From Lepidodermella squamata (taxonomy: Eukaryota > Animalia > Gastrotricha), in NCBI GenBank assembly GCA_047495785.1, contig JBLDXI010000038.1:558001-622000 (forward strand): a DNA stretch of 64,000 nt. Reading direction: 5' to 3'. Of this stretch, positions 38,301 to 50,349 are shown one piece after another (position 1 is the stretch's first letter; every line of letters begins with the position of its first letter). The notes beneath the pieces were generated by a model that saw only the letters and a list, made by a program, of their open reading frames with translations, was not told the DNA's origin and did not search any database. Made by a program: the position numbers and the translations under genes.

Positions 38301-41300
38301 AACCTGTCAGCGATTCGGACGATCCGCGTGCTGCGGCCACTGCGCGCCATTAACCGCATTCCCAGTTTGCGATTGCTCGTCATGCTGTTGCTCGATACAC
38401 TGCCTATGCTTGGCAACGTTCTGCTCATATGCTTTTTCGTTTTTTTCGTGTTCGGCATTGCTGGAGTGCAGTTATGGTCCGGAGTCTTGCGCCAACGTTG
38501 TTTCTTCCCACCGATCACGGATTCTTCTGCAATGATCTTAGCTGCCTCGCAACCGAACACCGCCTCGGTCGATAGCCAGCAAGGTGACACGAGCACTATT
38601 TCGCTGGTTCAACCAAAGCCTAACAATTCTCCTTCGCCTCTGTACTATCCTTCATTCATGCCGAAATACTACCGACCGCCACAGCGCGACTACGTCTGCT
38701 CTCCTTCGTCCGGTATTCTGCACTGCTCGGAAATCCCCAAATACGAGTCAGTTTCTTTTGAAAAATTCGCTATTGCCTTCCTTTTAGATTACTCTTTCCT
38801 AATTTCACACGATTGCTAATTTCTTTTTCAGGATTCTGAAAAGGTAAAATTAGGTGTGAACGGAATCATGATGAAGCACTGTGTGACTCTGTTGTGAATA
38901 ATGTACGATTGGGGTGGACCATTCGAAAAGTACGAAGATTAGGATCCAATCATTTTTATACTAATTAATATTGAAGCTTTTCCCTATTATTTAACCGTAA
39001 AGCCCGTTGTCTTCTCATATGACTGATAAAGATCAGCTCAAACTAATGCATGCATGCCACAAAAGCCGTAACCGTTGATTGCCTGTCGCTCTTCATGCCT
39101 GTAGGTTCAAGCCATGTATTCCGGGTCATCTGGGCAAATAAAAGAACCTTCTGGGAACTAAGACGATTATTACTGGTTGCAATATCAACTGGGGTAATCC
39201 GAAATTTGATAGCTTTTCTCTAGATGTGGCTCGTGGCTTTCCCCCATATGAATTGGATCAGCATTTACGGTTTTTCGTTCAATCGAAAAACGTAGTTTGT
39301 CGAGAAAAAGTTGAAAACATTCCTATTGAAATTACAGGCAGTACGATAGCATGTGCGTCGATTTATTCGGAAACGACACAGCCGAAACTGCCGAGTGCAA
39401 GTGGTGGTCGGACAATTACACCGAGTGTTTGCCCCTCGGACCGAACCCAGCCCGCGGCACCATCAGCTTCGACAACATCGGCCTAGCATGGGTTGCCATT
39501 TTTCAAGTTATCTCACTCGAAGGCTGGACGGAAGTTATGTATCTCATTCAGGTTTGTGTCTTGTCTCATCAATGCGAAGTGTTGAAGTTGGAAAATTCTC
39601 GTTTCAGGACGCGTATTCGTTTTGGGTTTGGCTGTATTTTGTCACTTTGATCATCATCGGTGCCTTTTTCGCCGTTAACTTGTGCCTCGTCGTTATAGCG
39701 ACGCAATTTTCCGAGACGAAAAGACGAGAACTTGCCAAAATGAAGCAAGAGCGCCGCGCTGCCACCTCGTCCCTATCAACGCTTCCTGAATCTGGCTCAG
39801 TGGCGCGCGTCAGTGTTGCCTCGGGTAGTCAAAGCAACATCTACACGCAGATCCTCGACGTCATTGGTCACGGCGCGCGGAAAGCTTATCGCTGGTATCG
39901 GCGGCGCCAAACTCGCGCTCGGCTGGCTCGCATGGCTGCAAATGGCCAAGTGGAAGGGGACCAACTAGTTGGCAATCTCAACAACAGTACGTCTTCAGCT
40001 CCGATGGCCTTCGCCAATGGTTATTTTTACGATCGGCCAGAACTATGCGCGACGTGCCGGCTAAATCAGCAGAACATGCAAAAAGCGCAAAAAGTCGAAA
40101 AAACGCGCAGCTCGGTCGAAGATGAAGTGTCATCAGAAGCGTGGGTGACTCCAGCAACATCGCCCACTCCCAGCCCTGCTGTCGCTCGTCGAACTCTCCT
40201 TCCCGAAACAGTCGACAAAGAGCCAAGTTCGGTGAGCAGTAACGATGGGTTTTGTTCAGCGGCGGGTAGCGAGGCCGCTCTTGACCGCATACCACCGGCT
40301 AGTGCCGTCGAACAAGGGGCAGAGCAAATCAAGCAGCCCAGTGTATGTCCTGTGTGCCAGCAGCTAAGCCACCCGCAATCTAACCGTTCGGTAGCGTTGA
40401 ATATCAGCCTGAATCAATCGGCGCCGAAACGGCTTCCGCCTGGCTTGATTAAGGTCCGAGAGCGGCTGCTAACATTATTAAATATGGCTCGAAGCTGGAT
40501 GAGGGTTGTTGTTGAGCACCCATCCACCACCTGGGCCATCATGGGCGCCATTTGCATCAACGCCTTGTCGATGGGCGCCGAGCACCACAACCAGCCGGAA
40601 ACATTGACTGCAGTCATAGAAGCGCTTAACCTCGTTTTTACAGCGTTTTTTGTCATTGAAATGCTCGCAAAGGTCTTTGTGTACGGCTTTGTGGGTTATA
40701 TTCGAGATAGTTTCAACTTGCTCGATTTTGTTATCGTAAGTCAGTTATAAATTTGACATAATTCAATATTTCGGTATTTGTCTCGCAGGTGATAATATCG
40801 GTTGTGGAACTGGCTCAAGGCAGTGCTTCAGGCCTGTCGGTTTTGAGGACTTTTCGCCTTGTTCGCATCGTCAAACTTATCCGCTTTCTGCCGGCGCTGC
40901 AGCGCCAACTCTATGTTATGCTGAAGACAATCGACAACGTCGCGACATTTTTTCTGTTGCTCAGTTTGTTCCTGTTCATTTTCTCCGTTCTTGGCATGTC
41001 TCTATTCGGCTGCCGGTTCTGCCCAGCCAACCGTGCGCGCATCGCCATGGAACAACAACAAGCTGCTTATGACGCGGCTGGCAACTGGTCGGTCGACGGA
41101 ATGCCGCCGTTGCGTGACGTCAACGGGACAGCGGCGCCCACGATGGCGCAGTATCAGCGTTGGTTGGAGCAGCAAACCGCGCTGGCCTACCACACCTGCC
41201 CTCGAGCCAACTTTGATTCGCTGCTGTGGTCTCTTCTTACTGTCTTCCAAGTACTCACGCAAGAAGCATGGGCTCAGGTAATAAAGTTTTATAGGTATGT

Positions 41301-44300
41301 TCGATAAAGACTAAAACTTATCAAAACGAACAGGTTTTGAAAGACGGGATGCATTTCACGTCCGAATGGGCTGCGTTGTATTTTGTTGCACTTGTTACGT
41401 TCGGCAATTACGTGCTTTTCAACTTGCTCGTTGCCATTCTCGTCGAAGGATTTAGCACAGACGAAGTAAGACCAATTAAATTACTTGCCTTCAATCACAT
41501 CTTCTCTATATTCGTAAATTAGAAAGATGAATCACCCGGCACTCCGAGAAGCTCGTCGGTGCCAGCAGAGGCGCAAACCCCAGGTGTAGCACGCTCCGCG
41601 TCCCAAAATCCTCCAACAGATTTACCAACCGCATCTTCACCTCCAGCAATTACCGTCGAAGACGTCGACGATCCAAATGGGGAACGGATATCTATTTTAC
41701 CTGGTAACGGTGGAGTAAGTGTTCCGAAAGAAGAGCCCGCGCCTCCTAGATGGACTTTGCGCAATTTATTCCGTTGCGGCATGACACGTCGTCAAAGCTG
41801 TTTCTCATCACTTCGCACTCGGCTGATGAACCACAATTTTTTCATCGAGCGCCGTGATTATTCTCTTTTCATGATGGCGCCGAACAACGGCCTCCGGCGG
41901 CGTTTGCTGTGGTTAGTGACCCGCACGCGATTCGACCATGTTGTCCTGGTTCTGATCATCGCCAACTGCGTCGCGATCGCCATGGAGCGCCCGAACATCG
42001 AACCTGGATCGTTCGAGCGTCGAGCTTTAAACATTGCCAATTACGTATTCAACGCGCTATTCGGAATTGAAGCTGTGCTCAAAATAGCAGCCCATGGTTT
42101 TGTCATTGGCGAACACACTTACTTGAAGAATAGCTGGAACGTGCTCGACTTCATTCTCATATCGCTGTCGACTCTGGACATGCTGCTCGAGGCGACTGAT
42201 GCCAAGACAGCGTCGACGAAAATTCTTGAAATTTTCCGCGTAATGCGGTTATTGCGAGCTTTGAGGCCGTTGCGAGTCATCAACCGAGCGCCTGGCCTGA
42301 AAATTGTCGTGCAAACGCTGGTTCTCTCAGTGAAACCTATAGGAAACATCGTTCTAATCTGCTTAGCTTTCTTCCTCATCTTTGGTATTCTCGGGGTACA
42401 GCTGTTTCGAGGCTGCTTCTACAAATGCGTCGCAAACGGGCGAACTGCACCAGTTAATACTAATTCTAGCATTCTCAGCTCAAACATGTCTTTCCAAGCG
42501 CCATTTGGCCAAGCTGACGCGACATCAACCTCAACGCCGCCAATCAACGTGGGAGTTCCTGGCTCCGGTGTCGGTTCGGCGGCTGCTCTGGTTGCAGAAG
42601 CGCTCATGTCTGTGAAAACTAAGAACGATTGCCTTGCTCTCGGCTTCGAGTGGGAAAATGAGAATTATAATTTCGATAACCTCGGAAACGGGCTGATGAC
42701 GTTGTTCGTGTTTTCAACGTTCGATGGCTGGGTCAAAATTACTCGTGATGGTCTAGATTGTGTTGGCGTCGATAAACAACCCATCCATGATTACAACCCA
42801 TGGCGCCTAGTCTATTTTATTTCCTTCCTTCTTATCGTTGGCTTTTTCGTGAGTTCTTATTCATACTGCGAATATTTTTTGGAGTTTTAGTTTTTTTATA
42901 GGTGCTCAACATGTTCGTGGGTGTTGTAGTTAACAACTTTCAGAAGGTGCGCAAGCAAATTGAGGCAGAGATAGAAGCAAAGAAGCGCGAGATCAAAGCG
43001 AGAAAGCTACTCGAGCGGCTCCAAAACAAGTCGGAAACGAAGAAAAGAGGTACGTATAAAGCGTTCGAACGCTGCTATTTTTTAAATTTCCCCAAGGTCA
43101 CCCATTAATTTGCCAACAATCAAATGCTTCCGTCGAAGAAGAAGCTCATTGTCTTTGTGTGAAGCTGAAAAAACAGTGCAATTTTTTATTATGAATTGCA
43201 AGCCAACCGCAGCTTCAATTTGCTACCGGTATTTAATTTTTTCGTGTTCATTTGGGTAGCGTCGAGACTCTTCAGTTTATCCACCTTCAAAAGGGTCAAG
43301 CGACCATCGCTCAAGAGTAAAAATTGTATTACGAACTTGAATTTACGTTCATTGAGCTCACCTAATATTTTGACTCTTTCCTTCTTAATACGAAGCTACG
43401 GATTTTTTATTACTTTCATTGCCTGAATAATTTATTTTTAATCTGGGTCAAATGAAAATTGCGCCTCACTTGATTTTTCCATCTAGGATTATAACTTCTA
43501 TTTCCTGAATAATTTCCTTTGGAGCAGCACTGAAAAAAACTTGACCATCACATGGAGATTAATGCTCTCATTACCAATGTTTCCCCTGCACCAATATTTG
43601 CGATTTGTTCGGGCAATTTTATCCCTCATATTAAATGATCCGTTCTACGACATTTTTTATTTAATACTATTATTATTTGTGGTCCTCAGTCTACCGCCGG
43701 CGTCTTCGAAGGATGATGATGTGTTATAGGAGGACGGCGGGTAGTCTAGATGGCGACAAGCCGCCGCCAGCCAACGGTAACGCCAGTTGTAGCAGTCATG
43801 AAACTGATGAGTTTTCATCGGGCGGCGCCTCGCCAGCACCAAGCTTACTAAACCACACCGTTCGCAGCTTGCACCGCCTCGATAGCTGCGCAAGCTCACG
43901 CCAACACGTGCGCGTTACACTGCCGGTCAACCGCGTCGACAGTGAGCCCATCCGCATGCGCCTCGACTCAGCCTGCTCCGCGTCGTCGTCGCGCTGCTCC
44001 GTCATCCTCAACAATCACCCCGAACACCACTCACAGGTGACGAGCAGCGTTGCGACGCCGTCCGAGAGTGGGGTTGCGGTTGATGCGCATGCGACTGGCG
44101 ATGCGGCGCCCCCGTCATCGCCTCGAGGCGGTGGGTTGCCGAGGGGCAAAGGTGCAGTGCCGAGTCGCTTCACACAGCGCAGAAAAGCCACTGTATTCAG
44201 TAGGTCACATTGCGAGCACGCGTTTTCACGTATGATGATGTATCACCTCGGAACTTTTCGGGACTTGTTCGCAACATGATTAAGTTTGCTTCACATGAGT

Positions 44301-46752
44301 ATTTAACATCGGTTTCCAATTTCCAGCAGGGTATGATTAAGTTAGTAAATTTCCTCGCCATTTTGTCGCGAAAAGTTCCAGAGGTTTTGCTTACCCCGCT
44401 TTTAATATGCTTCGAGGACTATGCAGCCGCGTTCTGTCAATGTCGCCGAATGATTCTTTGAACCCGCTTAAATAAATTGATGTGCTTTGGTATATGACTA
44501 AAAGGCTCGACAATCTTGTCACGCTTTGCCATTCTTTATTTTTCACTCTGAATTTGTCACGTCCGCCAGGTCGCCTTCAATCCATGCACCTCATGATGGG
44601 TGTAGTTTATGAATTCGGTTTGTAGCAACATCTATATGTATCAACCACCCTTTGTGGAGTTTTGGGAATTGAAAAATTACCTATAACAAGGCGTTTGATG
44701 GTGTGAATTAGATTCAACAAACCGTAGTAGTTCAATGTAATAAAAATAACCGAGTTGCTTCTTGGCAACTCAGTTCCCCTACTCCATCCTGCATGTGTTA
44801 CGACTGTTCTAGAGGGCATGCACTGCCGACAAAGACATTTCCGGCTTTTCATCACTGCCTTGCTTTTTGCTTGATGTCCTTGTTGTTACTGCTGTGTATT
44901 CTTCTGTTTTTTCCAATCAATGAGAACAATTAATTGAACGTTGAACGTTTTCGTCTAGTTATGGGGACGAACGACGATGCGTATTACTGGCGAGCGTATC
45001 CAGCTTGGCGCAGGTGCTTCCATCGCTTCTGCACCCACAAGTATTTCGACTTGGCGGTGGCTGGCATCATTGGCATTAATGTTTTGGTTATGGCGACCGA
45101 ATTCCACCTAATGCCGAAAAAGTTCCTTCTTGCAGTCAAAATTTTAAACTACATCTTTACCGGTGTGTTCATCTTCGAAGCGGTCACTAAACTTATTGCA
45201 TTTGGACCTCGGCGGTATTTTCGCGAGCGGTGGAACCAGCTCGACATAGCCATCGTCGTGCTGTCGCTTGTCGGCATTTTCCTCGAAGATCTCGACAACA
45301 AATTCATTCCGATCAACCCGACAATTGTACGCGTAGCTCGCGTCTTCCGCATCGCGCGTGTTTTCAAGCTGCTTAAAATGGCCAAAGGCATTCGCGAACT
45401 GCTTGATACCGTGTCAGAGGCTCTGCCCCAGGTTATAGCTGAATTCATATTAAATTGTTGTGATAATAATTTTACTCAAATTCATATTTTAGGTCGGAAA
45501 CCTGTCGCTGCTGTTTATGCTACTGTTTTTCATCTACGCCTCGTTAGGCGTCGAGCTGTTCGGCAAGTTCGATTGCACATACAAAATCTGCGAGGGTTTG
45601 TCAAGGCACGCCAACTTTCATAACTTCGGCATCGCTCTGTTAACACTCTTTCGCATTTCAACCGGCGATAACTGGAACGGAATTCTCAAAGACACGCTGC
45701 GCCTGATTCACGATCCCGAATCGCACTGCGCCACAGAGCCTGGCGGCTGCTTCCTAGTTCAAATTCTGTCGCCGTTTTACTTTGTATCTTTCGTCCTCGT
45801 CGCGCAATTTGTGCTCATCAACGTCGTAGTTGCCGTTTTGATGCGCCAGTTGGAAGACTCGCACACGAAAACAGAAATCGACCCGGAGAAGATCGAGGCC
45901 GAACTCGAGGGTAAGGTCGAGCAGATTGAGGCCCTCGTCCAGGAAACATGCCCAGAATTAGTCGAACGGCTACAGCATCAAATCGGCGCTGATCGGGATG
46001 ACGCGATTTCCCTAGTTTCAACCGAATACATCTTGCGCGAGCGTGCGAGTTTCGACGCCGGCCAGATCGGTGTGCTGGCAGGCAAGGATTCGTTGTTTCG
46101 ACCTCGCCGAATAGTCGACCGCAGCCAGTCGGCCTCCACGAGTTTCCGCCACAAAACTCGGCCTCGTCTGCTGACGACCGTCGGTGAAAACGTCGGCATC
46201 TTCGCAGCAGCGATCGAAGCTGCGCAGCAAAAGCGCAGAGATGCCGAAATGTCCCCAGAAGGCGACATGAGCGCTGACGAGGAGAGAAGAAGTATCGTCG
46301 ACTCGGCGGTGCTCGAGCAGGTGTTCAAAGATCTGGGCGAGCAGTTGCATGAGGCTGACGAACGCAGATCGCCTGAGCGCTCAGCTCTATCTGATCTCAC
46401 TCGAAACGCCCTGAGGCTAGCATCAGCTTCTGGTATTGACCCGGAAGAGGCCGCGCGTCTCGTCGAAGCCTTAACCACCGGTCTTGGCGATGAACTGCGA
46501 TCTGCCGTTGACGTATTCATTGAACTGCGGCGCGAGGAGTTGCTCAACCCCGCCAAGTCACGGGTAAAAAATGCGGCGGCGCGCGCCAAAGTCAAAGTTG
46601 CCAACGGCCGCTCGAACGAACCATCGCATCCGCTTCAGAGTCAGTCGGGACAGAATATGTCAGCGACCACGAGCGATGTAGAAAGCCCGGCTGTTGGAGC
46701 GGATGATCCAGAACTTGCGGCTCTCTTACGTCTACGCACGAGTACGGTGTGA
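35321..46752 (+). CDS. Cav3: T-type voltage-gated calcium channel alpha1 (Cav3)
   Basis: Four 6-TM repeats with S4 segments, an EEDD filter (SLEGW, TQEAW, TFDGW, TGDNW) and a gating-brake-like QFSETKRRE... helix. The first exon 35321-35488 splices in frame (AG|G) to the exon starting at about 37402. Confidence 0.96.
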
Positions 46753-47132
46753 TAATAAATACAAAAAGATCTAATACAGTATGAAGCTGCGGATATGATG
46801 CCCAAATTCTGAACTGCATACTCGATTTTATTCGCAATCAATATATTATGAAATAATGAAGATTTCTAATTTTTCGGAGGCTTTACTTTCGCTTTTTTAT
46901 ATAAAAACATACGAATTGTTTATATACAATTTACTTGTACCGAATCATAAGACGAAATGAACCGCGAACTCAACATGGATTCCTTTTGAAGTACCTAAAT
47001 GGTGTTATGATGAAGCCAGACCATGAAGAGAGCCGTTTCATTTCAACCTTAGGACGGGAGATTCCGAAAATATACGTTATCAAATTTCAACGGTATCAGT
47101 GGTTCTCTAATCGAAAAAATACAGGGAACAGA

Positions 47133-48686
47133 TCAAACACCCACCAGCACAGTTAGCATTTTCACGATGTATGCAACAATGTAGCACGTCGTGAGAACGG
47201 CAGCAGCGGCAAAATTATGGCGAATCGTACTCGGCGACGCGCTTTCTGTTAAAATTTGAATACAGTTTGGTAAGACAAGCCGAAGCTCATAAAAGGAAAA
47301 TAATTTCATACTGCAAATGCCGTATAATTGTTCCTGCGTCGTCCACGGGTTTCGAAGGGTCGTCTGTACTTGCTGGGTGTTGACGGACCTTTGCTGCTGA
47401 AGCACCCGTGCCGTGTAGTTTAGTAGCACCTCAGGGCAAACAATGCAGGCCAGACCCTAATAACACATCATTATAACTGGAAATCGAATCTTAAAGCTCC
47501 CCACTCACAGCAGTGCAGTAGCTTTGGCCGACAGTCGGCGTCGAAGTCGTCCATTCAGGTACAGTACAACGGGCGCCCTCGCGTTGCTTGATGGTGTTCG
47601 CGTTCGCTGCAACGCAAATGGTCCACGTGTTGCGGATCATTGAGTCCGAGTCGCCTGTTTCGTCGCGGTAGTACTGGGTGAAGTTCAACGCAGAAAAGCC
47701 GCGATCGCATGCGCAAGTGTGGTCTTCGGCCAAGCAGATGCCACCATTGCCGGCTCCGGATGGCGCATACGTACCTGGAAATGCGATTTCACAAAAACAT
47801 GCTAAGATGAGTCAATACCAGGCCGCTTTTACCTCCCATTTGGCAATTGTCGTCTGTATCACACGAGATTCCGTAATAAGCTTCCTCACATCCGCTGCCG
47901 CTCCAAACGTAGCTCGAAAAGCAAGTGCATGACTGCCAAACCAAGTTGCAGAAGAGTCCTGAAGACAAGCGCCGCAGATTTCGGTTATTGTGTTTTGGCA
48001 ATCTTATTCTTACCAATTTCGGGGTTGCAATCATTATCGGTCAAACATGCGGCGCCGTATTCGGACTGCGCTTTCGTTGACAGGACACAGGTGTTGTTCC
48101 GCCTCTGTAAATTTCATAAGGAAGCAATCTAGATGATGTTGATTGGAATTGGACAACTAACCTCGTATTGTGGCTTGCATCGGACTGAGCCGGCGTAGCA
48201 GTAGGCGCCGCGAGGGTAAGATTCGAGTTCGCCGGCTGAGCAAACCGCGTTTAGCGGCCGATATATTTCTGTTTATATTAATAGGGTAGCATGGTCAATA
48301 AATTTAGCGAATCCTGCTCAAGTTTACTTGGCGAGCAATGGAAACTGTTTCCAGATGTCCGATAGTATTGAGCCTGTCATTTTCAAGGAAATGATTGTAA
48401 TATAAATGAATTTTGGCCTGAAACCACGTTACTTTGCATTGACAAGTGCCCATCTGGCACGGTTCTGTCAAATCATAATACCAGCAAGTTGTGTTTTGCC
48501 CGCATTCTTCGGTTTTCTTGCAAGCTGGTAGTAAAACATTGGCAACATTGAATAGTTGTTGACGATGTCGAGAAAATGTTTACGTTCGTCAAGTTTTAGT
48601 AACGCAGCGGTCAACCAGGTTGTACATCCAAGAATTATGAAGGCCGCTAATACTATATTCAGTGGCATGTGATGTTGAAGCATCAT
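47133..48686 (-). CDS. Cysteine-rich secreted/surface protein (EB-module-like Cys spacing, hydrophobic C-terminus); multi-exon
   Basis: Signal-like MPLNIVLAAFIILGCTTWLTAA; short Cys-rich exons (GCEEAYYGISCDTDDNCQMG, CLAEDHTCACDRGF); C-terminal AAAAVLTTCYIVAYIVKMLTVLVGV. Family not recognised. Confidence 0.65.
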
Positions 48687-49247
48687 CAATCCGATGAGCA
48701 ATTTAGTATAGCAAACCAGAGCTTGATTTTCAGCCTATGCGGGTGCGGTCGTTCAAGATGCCGCGATTCAAAACAGCGCTCACTGAATGATATCCATATC
48801 GTCTAGGCGACTTCGCATTCAAGCTTGCATTCACCAAACTCAGAAAGAGTTGCTAAACGACCGACGCGAAGCTCAAAGCGTCGCTCAAAAAGCTATTCAA
48901 ATATTATATCAGTCATTCAAAATCTGAGCAGGGAAAAGTCTCAATTTACTCGGTCTAATTTCTACGAACCGCGGCTATTCGATTTCAAATTTTCGCAGCT
49001 TGTTGAATCGATGACCAAAAGAAGACGAAGTTTAGACCTAATAGACGTCACCAAGGAAAACTCGAACCTTTTCAGCTGTGATAACCGATAGAGTTGGTTC
49101 GAGAAATTCTTCAACTGATAAGTCTAATGAATTACTAGTAAGAATTTTTCATAAGATCTGAAGTCCGAAAGCATCTCTTTATTCTAGTTAATTTAATTAA
49201 TTTAATTCAGCCTCTTTAAACGAAAAATAGTTGATGATCCGCGACTG

Positions 49248-50226
49248 CTATATTGAAACATGCTTGAAACCTTCAGTTGTTTTTTTGTACAAATCTGGGA
49301 CACCGTCGAATCTTACAGCGTACGTGTAACGTACAACCGCCATGATACGATGTGGCTGTGGTACCCAGTGACTTTCTTCCACGTTCTTACTGCTCGACCA
49401 ACAGTTTGCTTCAATACACCACGTTAGAAATTTACCTTATTGACAAGAACAAAAGTGAATAAGACATATCGCTAAGAGTATATGAGATAAAAAAAAACGT
49501 GCATTTCTTCTGGCAGTGTCGATCCGAGACAGCGCGAGATCTCGTTTGTTTCACAGGTATCATTCTCTGCTCCACGAAATGCTCCGCAGTCTTTTCGAAG
49601 GCTACTTCGAGAGGCTCTCGAAAAAGTTGGGCCGGAACGACGATGTTTTCCACTATCTTCCCGGCGCTCATCGAATTTGAAATGATTGATTTCAGACTAG
49701 CCATATCAAGTTGATATGGCGGCAACGTGACCTTCCACAAACCATTAGCCTGAAGTTCAACGCAGGTTTTGTTAACCTCCGTTGCGATATTTTTCACAAA
49801 AACGATGCGCTTGCCAAGCTCAGCATTGTTGACTTTAAAGTCTTCCACCACTTGTTGCATAAACGCGTCGGCTCGATCAGTGTAGACGAAAAGTAGAGCG
49901 CGTATGGGTCTGCCCTTGATGAAATCGAAAAACTTGGCGTGGTTTTCGCGGTCACGACCTTCGCTGTCGAGGTAACCAGGAATTTCGACGACAAAATCGA
50001 CGTTATTCCAAGCGATTCGAGTCGTGATATCGACCGTAACCGAATAGTCACCACTGCCCTCCAAAATTGCAAGTTGATCAGGGGCAGCCAAGCGGTTGGC
50101 GATGTAACTTTTTCCCGTTCCAGTTTGTCCGTACAAAATTATATGACCGCTGGTATTGGTAGCTTCGTTGCAATAAACGACGTCGGCAGTTAAAATAGAC
50201 CATGTCAACACGAAATAAATATTCAT
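49248..50226 (-). CDS. Signal-peptide-bearing AIG1/GIMAP-like P-loop GTPase, paralog B
   Basis: MNIYFVLTWSILTADVVYC signal; G1 GQTGTGKS, G2 SVT, G3-like EIPG. The last exon ...VVRYTYAVRFDGVPDLYKK is homologous to paralog A and is joined through a probable GC-AG intron at 49436-49502. Confidence 0.8.
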
Positions 50227-50349
50227 CGCAAACCTAAACAATAATAAAAATATAAACTTTAATGCATTATTCATATGGTATTTTGATAGCTTGGTATTTC
50301 CACATAAAATGGTAAAGAACTTGAAATAATTTGCATTGATTTGGCTGTA

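Noticed and set aside
39353-39607. N-terminal part of the 465-aa ORF
   Set aside because: Off-frame read-through of the previous Cav3 exon and intron.
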